DNA of 64,000 nt from an uncultured candidate division WWE3 bacterium (GCA_963765125.1 CAVXUZ010000005.1:97596-161595), one strand, 5' to 3'. Positions 49,992 through 60,703 are shown, numbered from the stretch's first letter. The notes: generated from the letters alone by a model not told the origin. Numbers and translations: made by a program.

Positions 49992-50384
49992 TTAATATTT
50001 TTTTGATATCTCACTAAGGGATTTAATAACGTATGTTTCATTGGCAAGTTTTTCAACTATGCTAGGTTTTACACCGATGTGATCAAATAGATATATTCTT
50101 TTGTTTAGTAATCGTGCGATAAGAAGTTCCATGATCATGCCTCTACTTAAAGCTGCAGAGTCAACGTAGACGTACACCACGTGGCATTCTTTCATATTCA
50201 TATATATTACCGGCAGCATTTTGATTGCACCAAAGTGAATGTGTCGCCACTGTTTGATATCACGCCCTAATACAAATGTTTTATCGCCCCAACTTTCAAC
50301 TATGGCAGATATCTCGCCAAGTTTTTGTTTGAGCTCCTCTTTGTTGCTGTGATTCGTGTATTTATATGAAATAAACACTTTCAT
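49992..50384 (-). CDS. Nucleoside 2-deoxyribosyltransferase-like protein
   Basis: KVFISYKYT...SRGMIMEL..A..LNK. Confidence 0.65.
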   Translation of the reverse strand: MKVFISYKYTNHSNKEELKQKLGEISAIVESWGDKTFVLGRDIKQWRHIHFGAIKMLPVIYMNMKECHVVYVYVDSAALSRGMIMELLIARLLNKRIYLFDHIGVKPSIVEKLANETYVIKSLSEISKKY

Positions 50385-50433
50385 ATGGATTTAATTAGTA
50401 TTTTACCTGATTTTATTGTGATATCATAATTTC

Positions 50434-50871
50434 GTGAGAGAATTCAGGGGTTTACTTCTTATATTGTTTTCCATTATTGCAGCGCGTTTAATTAGCGAAA
50501 CTTCGTCCTGCAGTCCTGGCGCTGACCAATTTTGCGAAATCGGGTTACTTATTATCGTTCCTTTTATACTCTCTGGCTACTTTGTAGATTCACTTTTTGA
50601 AGAATTAATCTCTTCTGACAGCAAAAAAAATAAAATTATGCATTTAGTTTTTGGGTTACCTTATGTTGCGGTTATGACGTTTTTCGTAATACGTTTTGTA
50701 AGCACCATTACCATAGTAACTGTTGAATACATTGTTTCCGTAAACTTGCTTCTAGCATTTCTAATATTTTTGGTTGTTTACTGGCTTAATACCCACGTTT
50801 TAATTAGAAAACTTAACAAGATCTTTATGATCACTTTCCTTGTTTCGCTGTTAATCTTCCAATTTATATAA
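50434..50871 (+). CDS. Hypothetical membrane protein
   Basis: 4-5 hydrophobic segments. Confidence 0.65.
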   Translation: MREFRGLLLILFSIIAARLISETSSCSPGADQFCEIGLLIIVPFILSGYFVDSLFEELISSDSKKNKIMHLVFGLPYVAVMTFFVIRFVSTITIVTVEYIVSVNLLLAFLIFLVVYWLNTHVLIRKLNKIFMITFLVSLLIFQFI

Positions 50872-50911
50872 AAAGAAAAGCCACGTGGTTAAACGAGGCT
50901 TTTTATAGAAA

Positions 50912-51178
50912 CTAAAGCTTTTTTACAGCTTCTATTGCATTTGTGATTGAGGTGCGGTCTACTTTGACTGATAACTCTTTTGCTTCTGCAAAGGCCTTAT
51001 CTACATCTTTTCTGAGTTCCGCGTAAGGGCACATTTTGTTGAACTGGCTTCTAGACATAGTTTCGCTACCTTGATTTGGGTCCCTTGTTGGCACAGCGAG
51101 CCATCTACCGTCGTTCTGGAGGGCAACAAGCACCCACTTTTTCTTACCTTTTCTCTTTTGGTAAACAATATAAGGCAT
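50912..51178 (-). CDS. Small hypothetical protein
   Basis: AAAGGAG RBS; downstream hairpin aaaagcc..ggctttt. Confidence 0.7.
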   Translation of the reverse strand: MPYIVYQKRKGKKKWVLVALQNDGRWLAVPTRDPNQGSETMSRSQFNKMCPYAELRKDVDKAFAEAKELSVKVDRTSITNAIEAVKKL

Positions 51179-51264
51179 GTCGGCTCCTTTCTTATTAGTT
51201 TGTTAGTAATATACCAAGAAACTAATCCTATAGCTAGGGCAGCCGACACGATTTTCTGGAAAAA

Positions 51265-51298
51265 TTAGTGGTAACCTATTTTTACAAGCTACCACTAA
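51265..51298 (-). terminator. Intrinsic terminator
   Basis: ttagtggta...taccactaa with an A-run on its left. Confidence 0.65.
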
Positions 51299-51304
51299 AT
51301 AAAA

Positions 51305-51433
51305 TTACTTTTTTGATTTTTTAGCTTTTTTTACAGTTTTTCTTTTAGCTGGTTTTTTTGCAACTTTTTTCTTAACGATTTTCTTTGCAACTTTTTTTAC
51401 AGCTTTTTTAACTTTTTTAACTTTCTTTACCAT
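51305..51433 (-). CDS. 42-aa Lys-rich histone-H1-like peptide
   Basis: MVKKVKKVKKAVKKVAKKIVKKKVAKKPAKRKTVKKAKKSKK; AGGAGGTG RBS. Confidence 0.85.
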   Translation of the reverse strand: MVKKVKKVKKAVKKVAKKIVKKKVAKKPAKRKTVKKAKKSKK

Positions 51434-51462
51434 TGACAATCACCTCCTAAAAAATTTATAAA

Positions 51463-51699
51463 TTAATACTCGGGTTCTTCATCCCAATCATCACCAAAAT
51501 CACCGCTTAGATTATCTAGCTCATCAAGTTCGTCATCGTCTAATGTTTCGTCTTTCTTACCACTTGTGTTCGTTGAATCATCTTCAAATTCTTCTTTTAC
51601 TTCTTCATATAGTACCCATTCGTCGTCAGTTACTTCATCCTTTGGTTCCCATGCCGGATCTATCTTTAATTGTTTGATGATTTCATCTCTAGTAAGCAC
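51463..51699 (-). CDS. 78-aa highly acidic protein
   Basis: About 32 D/E; GAGGAGGTG RBS; GTG start. Confidence 0.8.
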   Translation of the reverse strand: MLTRDEIIKQLKIDPAWEPKDEVTDDEWVLYEEVKEEFEDDSTNTSGKKDETLDDDELDELDNLSGDFGDDWDEEPEY

Positions 51700-51938
51700 T
51701 CCTATAACACCTCCTCAAAAATATTTAATTTTATAATTTGGAATCTGCACAAAAGTCTACTTACTTCTAAGTAATGAGCAGAAAATATTTTCAAATAAAT
51801 ATAATTAATATATTTCACAATTATTCACTGAAAAAATATGTAATATTTGTGAATAAAATAATTTTCTTACAAATATATTTTAAGTCAATAGTGAATTTAT
51901 TTTTTATTATTATGTAAATTATTGTTAATATTAGAGAG

Positions 51939-54041
51939 ATGCTAAGGCTTATAAAAAGTAAATACAAAATTGCACTAGTTAGTTTTGCAATTCTCTTCGG
52001 AGAGTTGTTATTAATTAGGCTACTTGGTACTGAAGTAAGAATATTTGCGTACGTGCCAAACCTTATACTACTGGCAATATTCGTAGGTTCTGGTATAGGT
52101 ATGATGATTAAAAAGACAATACCTTTGTATCTTACTAACATTGCGTTGGTAATAATCTTAGCGTGTGTATTTTCTGGTTATTTCAAATTAATAACCGACG
52201 TACTCGCTCCAATAAGCGATAGTTTTATATGGTTTACATCATCTCCAAAAACATCAGTAAATATCATATTGGGGTTATTAATGATGATATTTCTATATTT
52301 TATAGTTCTATTTTCTTTTATTCCTCTTGGACAATATCTTGGAAATATATTTAAAGGTACAAATAATACGATACTAGATTATTCTGTTAACGTTCTATTC
52401 TCTCTATTTGGAACATTAGCATTCTCGTTATATTCTTTTTATACAATATCACCGTATGTATCAATACTAGTATTTATGGTGCTAGTCGCGCTGTTAACAG
52501 AAAAAAAATATTTACTTTACGCTATATTACCTATTCTCGTCATCTCTCCAATAATATTAATTAATCAAATAACTGTTAAAGATACTGTGTGGTCTCAATA
52601 TCAAAAATTATCAATTAAAGAATTACCTAATCTTGAACTGTTTCCTTCAGGAAAAATGTTGTCAGTTAATGACGTTGGTTATATGGGCCTGCTAGATTTA
52701 TCAGAAAATTATCAAAATAATCTTCCTGAGAAACTTACGCGTCTTAATGTACCTTTTGATATTGAAACTCTTAAATATAGTAATCAATACGATATACCAT
52801 ATATTTTAAAACCAAACGTTAAAAGGGTACTTATAATTGGTGCAGGAGGTGGAAATGACGCAGCTGGAGCTTTACGTGCAGGTGTAGAGCATATCGATGC
52901 CGTTGAGATTGATCAGCAGATTATAAACTTTGGAAGAAGTCTTCACCCAGAAAAACCTTATGATGATGCACGTGTAAATATTATTGTTGATGATGGGCGC
53001 GCTTTTTTGAGAAGAACGCAGGATAAATATGATTTAGTCATTATGGGACTTGCAGATTCACACACATTAAATTCAAATCTAACTAATATTCAGCTCGACA
53101 ATTACCTTTACACTAAAGAAAGTATTTCTGAGGTTTACAAAGTACTTAACGATGACGGAATGCTTTTTGTTTCTTTTGACGTTCGCGCTCCGTGGATAGG
53201 AAGAAGAATTAGCAAAAACTTTGAATTAGCATTTGGTCATCCCCCACTAGCCTACACGATGCAGACCGACGCACCGATTTATGGTTGGGGCGGTGTATTT
53301 TTTGTCAATCAGAAAAATCACCAAACATTATTGGATAATATTGAAAGTAACAAGACTCTTGCAAAATATTTAAATCAACGTCGTTTGTTTTTTACTGAAC
53401 CAGAAAGGTTTCTTACTGACGATTGGCCGTACTTATACCTACAAAACGCAAAAATACCTGTAATTCATCTTAACGTTTCAATATTGTTGCTAATAGCTTT
53501 AGCAGTATTTATATATAAGCAAAAATTACAAAAAGAGTTTAACGCCACTGCATTTTTACTCGGAGCTGGATTTTTACTATACGAGTTCCAAAATATTGGT
53601 AAAACGTCGTTGTTATACGGTAATACATGGACCACAAACGTAATTACAATCAGTGCTATTCTCACACTTGTTCTGTTAGCTAACCTTTTTGCAGCAAAAA
53701 TAAAAATAGACCAGAGGATTATTTACATATTATTAATTTTAAGTTTTCTATTACAGCTTGCTATTCCTTTAAGTTTTTATAACCAATTCACAACGCTTTT
53801 TAAATATGCAGTCGTACCATTCATTTTGAATCTTCCATTATTCTTTGGTGGAATAATATTTGTAAACATATTTAATAACAGTGAACAAAAAGATAAGTAT
53901 TTTGCAAGTAATCTTATTGGATCTGCAGTGGGTGGTATATTGTCATTTTTATCGTATGCATTTGGAATTCAATCATTGTTGTACATTAGTCTGGCAATGT
54001 ACTTAATAGTTCTATTTATAAATAGAAAATCGTTTAAGTAA
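51939..54041 (+). CDS. Membrane protein fused to a spermidine-synthase-like SAM-binding domain
   Basis: VLIIGAGGGND, AVEID, DDGRAFL, TDDWPYLYL, flanked by TM domains. Confidence 0.88.
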   Translation: MLRLIKSKYKIALVSFAILFGELLLIRLLGTEVRIFAYVPNLILLAIFVGSGIGMMIKKTIPLYLTNIALVIILACVFSGYFKLITDVLAPISDSFIWFTSSPKTSVNIILGLLMMIFLYFIVLFSFIPLGQYLGNIFKGTNNTILDYSVNVLFSLFGTLAFSLYSFYTISPYVSILVFMVLVALLTEKKYLLYAILPILVISPIILINQITVKDTVWSQYQKLSIKELPNLELFPSGKMLSVNDVGYMGLLDLSENYQNNLPEKLTRLNVPFDIETLKYSNQYDIPYILKPNVKRVLIIGAGGGNDAAGALRAGVEHIDAVEIDQQIINFGRSLHPEKPYDDARVNIIVDDGRAFLRRTQDKYDLVIMGLADSHTLNSNLTNIQLDNYLYTKESISEVYKVLNDDGMLFVSFDVRAPWIGRRISKNFELAFGHPPLAYTMQTDAPIYGWGGVFFVNQKNHQTLLDNIESNKTLAKYLNQRRLFFTEPERFLTDDWPYLYLQNAKIPVIHLNVSILLLIALAVFIYKQKLQKEFNATAFLLGAGFLLYEFQNIGKTSLLYGNTWTTNVITISAILTLVLLANLFAAKIKIDQRIIYILLILSFLLQLAIPLSFYNQFTTLFKYAVVPFILNLPLFFGGIIFVNIFNNSEQKDKYFASNLIGSAVGGILSFLSYAFGIQSLLYISLAMYLIVLFINRKSFK

Positions 54042-54693
54042 GCTTTCCGTCTGTTAAGCAAAGTATCTTACTGCCCAGTTTTGCATATTCTTTTTCGTGA
54101 GTAACCATTACTATTGTCTGACCCTTTTTATTCAAATCAATTAATACATTTAATACTTTATCTGCGGTTTCTGAATCGAGATTTGCAGTTGGTTCATCAG
54201 CGAAAATTATTTTGGGTTTATCAGCAATTGCACGTGCGATACTTACTCTTTGTTGCTCTCCTCCTGATAATTGGCTTGGTAAGTTATATCGCTTATCAAA
54301 CAGTCCTACACTATCGAGTGCAGCCGCGGCAATATCGTTAGCCTCATTATTACTGTAACCAACCATTAGCAGTGGCACGTAGACGTTTTCGATCGCATCC
54401 ATTGTTGGTATTAGGGCGTAGTCTTGAAAGACATAACCTAGATTTCTAAGCCTGTAGTCGGTCCTCTGACCGTTTTTGAGCGTAGTGACATCTTTATCAT
54501 CAATTAGCACCTTACCCTCCGTAGGATGATCTAGGAGCCCCAGCTGGTATAAAAGAGTACTTTTACCCGATCCTGAGCGTCCTGTAATCGTCACAAAAGC
54601 ACCACTTTTTATATCAAAGCTTACGTGGTCAAGGGCAACTACACGCTTTGTACCTGTAACATATACTCTTGTTAAATCTATTGCTTTAATCAT
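54034..54693 (-). CDS. ABC transporter ATPase (LolD/MacB-type)
   Basis: GRSGSGKST, LSGGEQQRV, ADEPTANLD, VTH. Confidence 0.95.
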   Translation of the reverse strand: MIKAIDLTRVYVTGTKRVVALDHVSFDIKSGAFVTITGRSGSGKSTLLYQLGLLDHPTEGKVLIDDKDVTTLKNGQRTDYRLRNLGYVFQDYALIPTMDAIENVYVPLLMVGYSNNEANDIAAAALDSVGLFDKRYNLPSQLSGGEQQRVSIARAIADKPKIIFADEPTANLDSETADKVLNVLIDLNKKGQTIVMVTHEKEYAKLGSKILCLTDGKLT

Positions 54694-55949
54694 TATCTTC
54701 CTAAAATTGCATCTAGCGTGTTTTGTTTGACTATGTGACGCGCTGGGAGATAACCCGCTATGCCGGTGGTTACTAACATTAATAAACTTCTAACTACAGT
54801 TTCCGAATATTCTGCAACGATGACCCCATCCGAGAACGGAAAATCTATTGGGTTTTCAATAAAGTATGGTACTAAAACACCATATAATAACGGCAAACTA
54901 ACCATAGCGCCAAAAACTACATAGAATAACGCCTGAATAATGTAAGAGAGCTCAATTGCAAATGGCGAAATTCCGATCCCTTTAAGTATCCCAATTTGCT
55001 TTCGTTGTGTAATTGCGTTTACAAAAATAATGATAAAGATTGTGATTGAAGCAACTGCGAGACTTATTGACCCAATAACGTCACCTAATATTGCAAATGT
55101 ATCAACAATGTCGGTTACGAAGCTCGGTTGATATTGGCTTTTTATTTTGATATCCACGTATTTTTGTAAACCAGAGCGTTGAAGTTCGCGTTGAACAGAT
55201 GCGGGTTGTACACCATCTTTTACCCTGATTGCGATCTCGGATGGCTCAAAACTCTCAATTCCTACAAGATCTCTAAAAAGTTCTTCTGACATAATTACTC
55301 TGCCATCAAGTTCATTCACCTTGGATTCGACGATACCTACAATATTCACCCTTCTAGTAACATCACCAACCGTAATTTCTACGCTATCTCCAATATCTAC
55401 ATTGTCTAGATTTTCTAAACCAATTGCCTCAGCTCTGCCATAAGCTGACGAAAGATCAACTCCTAAAACTACTTCATCGCGGGAGCCTGAATTAAAGAAT
55501 CTGCCTGTTTTTATGTTGTTTGAAATATTGACGACTTTTTGTTCGTTTTGGAGGTTTATTCCTAAAATACGGGTATTAATTTGGTTTGGTGTTTCATCGC
55601 TTGGTACTCTCGCATTATAATCTGCTAATACCGTACTACTTGTTAAATAGCGTACAGAAAATGAATCTGCACCTTTGAGATTTCTAACTGCTTCAAGTAT
55701 TTGAGGAACTCTATCCATGTGTTTTTTATTTGTTGGAACCGAAACAAACACGTCGGCGTAGTACTTCTCCTCGTTCGCTTTTATAGCGCCCTCAGGAAGC
55801 CCTACAAGAATTCCTCTGACTACAAGTAGATTTAAAAAGGTAAGTGTCATTACTAATATTATTAGTAAGTTAGATAGCACACCCGACCTTTTTACTCTTG
55901 TCGTTGCAAGCAACCAAGCTACCTTGTAAGAATTCGGGATCTTAAACAT
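54693..55949 (-). CDS. FtsX/MacB-like ABC permease
   Basis: One TM, large extracellular domain, QRKQIGILKGIG, three TMs. Confidence 0.9.
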   Translation of the reverse strand: MFKIPNSYKVAWLLATTRVKRSGVLSNLLIILVMTLTFLNLLVVRGILVGLPEGAIKANEEKYYADVFVSVPTNKKHMDRVPQILEAVRNLKGADSFSVRYLTSSTVLADYNARVPSDETPNQINTRILGINLQNEQKVVNISNNIKTGRFFNSGSRDEVVLGVDLSSAYGRAEAIGLENLDNVDIGDSVEITVGDVTRRVNIVGIVESKVNELDGRVIMSEELFRDLVGIESFEPSEIAIRVKDGVQPASVQRELQRSGLQKYVDIKIKSQYQPSFVTDIVDTFAILGDVIGSISLAVASITIFIIIFVNAITQRKQIGILKGIGISPFAIELSYIIQALFYVVFGAMVSLPLLYGVLVPYFIENPIDFPFSDGVIVAEYSETVVRSLLMLVTTGIAGYLPARHIVKQNTLDAILGR

Positions 55950-55976
55950 ACTCGAGTATTATACTTGAATATTCGA

Positions 55977-56228
55977 TTAGAAGTCTTTCTTGGGTCTAGC
56001 TTCGTTTACCTTTAACGCTCTACCTTCGACGTCTTTTCCGTCCATCGCGGCCATAGCTTTATCGGCATCAGCATCTTCGAGCTCTACAAAACCAAATCCT
56101 TTTGATCTGTTTGTTGCTCTATCCATGATAACTACTGCAGACAGTACTTCACCAAAGTCGGCAAATAAGGCTGATAAATCATTATCTCTTACGCCGTATG
56201 GTAAATTACCTACATATAATTTTTTCAT
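55977..56228 (-). CDS. RRM RNA-binding protein
   Basis: RNP2 LYVGNL, RNP1 KGFGFVEL, LKVNEARP. Confidence 0.95.
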   Translation of the reverse strand: MKKLYVGNLPYGVRDNDLSALFADFGEVLSAVVIMDRATNRSKGFGFVELEDADADKAMAAMDGKDVEGRALKVNEARPKKDF

Positions 56229-56361
56229 TTGAATTGAACACCTCCTTCATTAACTGTGTCTAATGAAAGAAGCGAAAAAGAGTCAGTCATTAAATCACAA
56301 AATTTACAAGACGAATTATAGCACTATTTATTGATTTTGTATGGTGAAGTTGCAAATCTTG

Positions 56362-57528
56362 CTAAACCCCAAACATATAGAGTTCTGACTCTGCCCTTGT
56401 TACCGCGGTGTAGAGCCATCTCCTCCATTCGTCGTCTGTCATTTTCTTAAATCTTTCCTCAAAAAGAACTACTCTTTTTGCCTGACTTCCTTGCGCTTTG
56501 TGCACTGTGAGCGCATATCCGTAATCAAAAAGATCTCCCTTTAAAGCTAGAGCACGATCTTGTGTAAAATTAATTCCAATTGGTGCGCCAAACTGTGGTC
56601 CATAAATTAGTCCGCGATATAATGCGTTTGTATCGTCCATTAGTATTTCTGCTTTGTACCAATCTGTCTCTTCAGGTTCTAATGCTTTTATTGTTCCAAG
56701 CATTCCGTTGTAAACTCCCTTCTTATTATTATTTCGTAAACAGATTGCCCTATCCCCTACCTGTGGTTCAGGCAAATCAAAACCAATAGAGTTTCTGATA
56801 AATTGATTTATTTTATTTCTGGTTGAGTTGTACCCGCATAAAATAAGCATTTCTCTGGAATAGTTTTCAAGCAGGTCCGTACTCATATAGGAGAAATCCT
56901 GATCTTCGGAAGAGTATTTAATAATATTTGCCCCGTATGTGTTTGCAGGTATTACACCATCTTCCCGCGCTAAAATCGAAACTTTTATAATGGGGTTATC
57001 TTTGGCTTGACGATGTATTTGCTCAAGTTTGATATGTGGTTTTTCCATAAGATTAAATGAACCTTTTATGGGTGGTAGCTGGCCATGATCACCAACCGCA
57101 AGAATCGGAATATTAAAGGAGAGTAAATCATGCCAGATATTTGCATCAATCATTGACGCCTCGTCCACAATGATTAAGTCGGCTTCAACTAGGTCTTTTT
57201 TAGCCCAACCGATTATTACACCCTGCGCGTTCTCAATTGGGTCATATATCAACCCGTGGATGGTACTCACAGTATCGCGCCACGACAACGCTTTATGTTG
57301 CTCAAGACGATTTTTGAGGTTTTGAGTAGCACGGCCTGTATAACTACAAAATGCCACTTTAAGCTTTTTATCTCTTATATCGTCGATTCTTTGTTTTATG
57401 ATGGAAATTAGAGTTGTTTTACCTGTACCTGCGTAACCTCCTAAAGTAATAAATTGAGTATTTTTATCAAAAAGAAACCACTTCAGTATTTTTTTAGCTG
57501 CGCTTTGCTGATCTTTAGAAAGTTCCAC
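56362..57528 (-). CDS. SF1B helicase (RecD/Dda-like)
   Basis: GYAGTGKT, VDEASM, GDHGQLPP, YALTVHKAQGSQ, YTAVTRA. Confidence 0.92.
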   Translation of the reverse strand: MELSKDQQSAAKKILKWFLFDKNTQFITLGGYAGTGKTTLISIIKQRIDDIRDKKLKVAFCSYTGRATQNLKNRLEQHKALSWRDTVSTIHGLIYDPIENAQGVIIGWAKKDLVEADLIIVDEASMIDANIWHDLLSFNIPILAVGDHGQLPPIKGSFNLMEKPHIKLEQIHRQAKDNPIIKVSILAREDGVIPANTYGANIIKYSSEDQDFSYMSTDLLENYSREMLILCGYNSTRNKINQFIRNSIGFDLPEPQVGDRAICLRNNNKKGVYNGMLGTIKALEPEETDWYKAEILMDDTNALYRGLIYGPQFGAPIGINFTQDRALALKGDLFDYGYALTVHKAQGSQAKRVVLFEERFKKMTDDEWRRWLYTAVTRAESELYMFGV

Positions 57529-57550
57529 GTTCTAATTCTATACGATATTT

Positions 57551-57952
57551 TTACTCAGTAGTAATTCCGTCAAACTCTTCATCTGCAGACATTGCTTGTT
57601 CCTTTGTAACATGAACAGTGCCGTCTTTATGATGAGAAGGCGAATAAATCGTGTAAAGTTTTAATGGTTCAATGGCGGATTTGTTTATAATGTTGTGTTG
57701 AGCGCCCGCTGGGACAATAATTGCGTCGCCGTCATGAACATCGTAAGTTGTTTCATTAATTACAACCTCACCCTCGCCGCTTTCAAATCTAAAAAACTGG
57801 TCAGTGTCTTCGTGCACCTCCATACCGATATCTTCATTGGGGTTAAGTGACATTAGTACTAACTGGCTGTAGACGCCTGTGTATAGTACTTTTCTAAAAT
57901 TAGTATTATCTAACGTTGATTTTTCTATATTTTGATTAAATCCTTTTTTCAT
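57551..57952 (-). CDS. Cupin domain protein
   Basis: IGMEVH...DQFFRFE, VPAGAQHNI. Confidence 0.92.
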   Translation of the reverse strand: MKKGFNQNIEKSTLDNTNFRKVLYTGVYSQLVLMSLNPNEDIGMEVHEDTDQFFRFESGEGEVVINETTYDVHDGDAIIVPAGAQHNIINKSAIEPLKLYTIYSPSHHKDGTVHVTKEQAMSADEEFDGITTE

Positions 57953-58031
57953 AGCTTTATTCTAACAGAAATAAAAAAAGACCCCAATTTTTTTATTGGG
58001 GTCTAGTTACTTACTTGATCATTTCAGAAGG

Positions 58032-59792
58032 TTACTGGTTAAAATCCGGGACTTCGATCAAATCGCCGATTTTCGCTGGAATTACATAGTCTGTGTACCA
58101 TTGGTTAATTTTACCAAGGACGCCAGTATTCCAATCGTACCAATTATCGGGCATCGGAGCTTTTCCGGCTTTAACGAGGAACGTAGCGTACGACCACTGA
58201 TCAGTGCCGGGCATTTTCATAATATTGAATTTGCCATCTTTGATCTTAGTCATCGCAAAGCTTAGTGACAGCGAGCAGGGCTCATACTGATAAAATTCAT
58301 CAGGAGCAAGTATCTTGCCGTCAATTACCGGGTAGAGTCTATCGTTGAAGCTCATAAGATTAGGTTGCAGGACACCCTGATTGTCTTTTACAAGACGAGG
58401 CATTCCAACCTCATACATTAAGAGCTGCCAAACGTTTTCATCACCGGCTTCGGTATTTGTTTCAGCTTTGAAGAAAGGACCGTCTGGTGCTCCATCATGG
58501 ATACCTTCAAGACCTTTTTCACCTTCAGCCCAGGCTACTACCCACCACTCTGACTTAGTGCATACCTTTTCGGCTATGCAGTCATTTATTACCCTTGCAA
58601 CTGCAGGTTTGACATCTTCGGTTCCATACAGATTGGGACCTAAGCAGTCAACACCGGAACCGCGTGTATTTTCATACTGACAGACCGGGCATGGGTAAAC
58701 GGGGCATACTGGTTTCCAGTTATCGCCTGTTTCACAAGATACTGCAACTACATGCAAAACGCCGGATCCTTTATAACCTTTTTCAGTATCCCAAGGGAAG
58801 TCATACGCTCCCGGGGCGACAATAAACGAAGTTGTTTCGTTAATCGTACCGCCAGGGGTACCGTACATAATGACGCCCTCTGGTAAGATCAAAGTTAACC
58901 TTATACCTACCGATCCATCTTCTTGGATTACACATTCTAACTTGTAGTCAGGTTCACCTTCGATGTCTGCTGGACAAGCTCCGGGATTAATATCTGGCGC
59001 ATTTTCATCAGGCCATACCCAGATTGTCTCGTCGTTTACGCAGTAGGGTGTTGCATTCTCAGTCTTTATCTCTGTCCTTGTCCCACAGGGATTACCGTCA
59101 GGATCAGCCAGATTGATCACCCTTGTAAAGGTTCTGGTATGTCCGCCATTTGAATAGACCGGATCACCCCAATCTGGTAGCGGAAGTACATCACCAAACA
59201 CCTGACAAGCTGCGCACGGTCCTTCTACAGCACCTGCAGGAACTTCGCCAGGGAAATACCATTCAGTTTTATTGTTATAACAAAACTCTTTGGCTTTCTG
59301 CTCTTCGGTTTCAGTTCTTATTCCACAGCTTTTTTGAGGCCAATCGGCGTCAAATGTTGGTGTGGAGATCGTTCTTGTCCGGGTGTGGCCGTCGGGGCTG
59401 TATACCCAGAGAGAAACAATTGGTGTTCCGTCAATTTTATTGGCACAGTCTGTACAGTAGGCTGGTCTTGATATTTCCCAGTTTTTGTACTCGGTGAATG
59501 TGCCATTTCCGGTTACCCTTTTCCAGATAAACGCGAGTGTTCCCGACGCTTTACCGCTGGCGTTGTACGCTTTGCATTCTCCGTCGCCTGTAACATCGTG
59601 GAGGTAGTACCAATGACTACCACTTTGATAACGTGTACCAATTGCGATTGTTGATTCAGCAGCTGCACACTTACAGTTATTTTCACCCTCTTTCCATCCA
59701 ATTGGCCAGGCAAAAACTGCCACAACCGTAACCAGGGAAAGAGCAACAGCAATCACTAGTGCAAAAGGTATTTTCTTGAATATTGTTTTCAT
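58032..59792 (-). CDS. Secreted Cys/Trp-rich protein with two internal ~70-aa repeats
   Basis: Signal peptide; VYS..GHTRT...CG.RTE....FC/YC repeated; AAAGGAG RBS. Confidence 0.8.
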   Translation of the reverse strand: MKTIFKKIPFALVIAVALSLVTVVAVFAWPIGWKEGENNCKCAAAESTIAIGTRYQSGSHWYYLHDVTGDGECKAYNASGKASGTLAFIWKRVTGNGTFTEYKNWEISRPAYCTDCANKIDGTPIVSLWVYSPDGHTRTRTISTPTFDADWPQKSCGIRTETEEQKAKEFCYNNKTEWYFPGEVPAGAVEGPCAACQVFGDVLPLPDWGDPVYSNGGHTRTFTRVINLADPDGNPCGTRTEIKTENATPYCVNDETIWVWPDENAPDINPGACPADIEGEPDYKLECVIQEDGSVGIRLTLILPEGVIMYGTPGGTINETTSFIVAPGAYDFPWDTEKGYKGSGVLHVVAVSCETGDNWKPVCPVYPCPVCQYENTRGSGVDCLGPNLYGTEDVKPAVARVINDCIAEKVCTKSEWWVVAWAEGEKGLEGIHDGAPDGPFFKAETNTEAGDENVWQLLMYEVGMPRLVKDNQGVLQPNLMSFNDRLYPVIDGKILAPDEFYQYEPCSLSLSFAMTKIKDGKFNIMKMPGTDQWSYATFLVKAGKAPMPDNWYDWNTGVLGKINQWYTDYVIPAKIGDLIEVPDFNQ

Positions 59793-60007
59793 TTTTTCTC
59801 CTTTTTAAAGACTTCGTTAATGAAAAAATTCTTGAAATATCTTGTTACAATGCCCTCTCTTTCTTTGTTGTTTATTTCAGGCCGTATTGCATGAGCTGTC
59901 TTTTAAAGACTAAGCTCTAACCTTCTTTTATAAATGTTCATGGATTTTTGTTTCCACGGCGGAATTATAACAAATATATAAAACAATGCAAATTGCTATA
60001 GGTAATG

Positions 60008-60703
60008 TTAGTTTGAGCAGTCTGTGAGCATTTCTTCTGGAAAATCGTAAGATGAGAGCGCGCAGGGTATTTGACCGTTGCCATCGTGTACAATTTGCCA
60101 TGGTCCATTAATGCTGGTTGCTAGAAATATACCGCCTGATTCCCCAATTCCAAAAGAAACACTGCCCCTTGCGTGGGTATCAGTTTCTTGATCGATTTTT
60201 ATTGTTAGTGAATTTTCATATTTTGGGTATTTCTCAATAAACGCGTCTGTTATCTCGTTTTTAATATTCTTTGGTGCTATTAAGCCTGTGCATCTCCAGT
60301 TAATTTCAGTTGTTTTAGTTTCTTCCCAAACTACACATGCTGGATGACAGCCTTCTTTTGTTGCATTTAAATTAGCATCAAACCACCACGTTTTTGTAAA
60401 TGAGTTATACATACCATCTGACAATGATTCGCCGCCTTTAATACACTGCGCCTCAGCAATAGCTTTTGCTTCTTCTTCACTAATTAGTGATGGATCATTG
60501 GTAGGTGTTTCATCAGTAATTTCTGGGCATGGTGAAAATTCACAATCTGGTCCAACTCTACCAACAGATGTTCCATCAGGACATATTTTAGCTTCTGCTG
60601 TGCAGGCGACTGGTTTTGTAGTATTAGATTTATAAATATACACAGCGCCGACTACCAAGAGAACAATTAGAGCAGAAAAAATGAACGTGAATATGTTTTT
60701 CAT
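60008..60703 (-). CDS. Membrane-anchored Cys-rich surface protein
   Basis: N-terminal TM; ACTAEAKICPDGTSVGRVGPDCEFSPCP module. Confidence 0.8.
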   Translation of the reverse strand: MKNIFTFIFSALIVLLVVGAVYIYKSNTTKPVACTAEAKICPDGTSVGRVGPDCEFSPCPEITDETPTNDPSLISEEEAKAIAEAQCIKGGESLSDGMYNSFTKTWWFDANLNATKEGCHPACVVWEETKTTEINWRCTGLIAPKNIKNEITDAFIEKYPKYENSLTIKIDQETDTHARGSVSFGIGESGGIFLATSINGPWQIVHDGNGQIPCALSSYDFPEEMLTDCSN

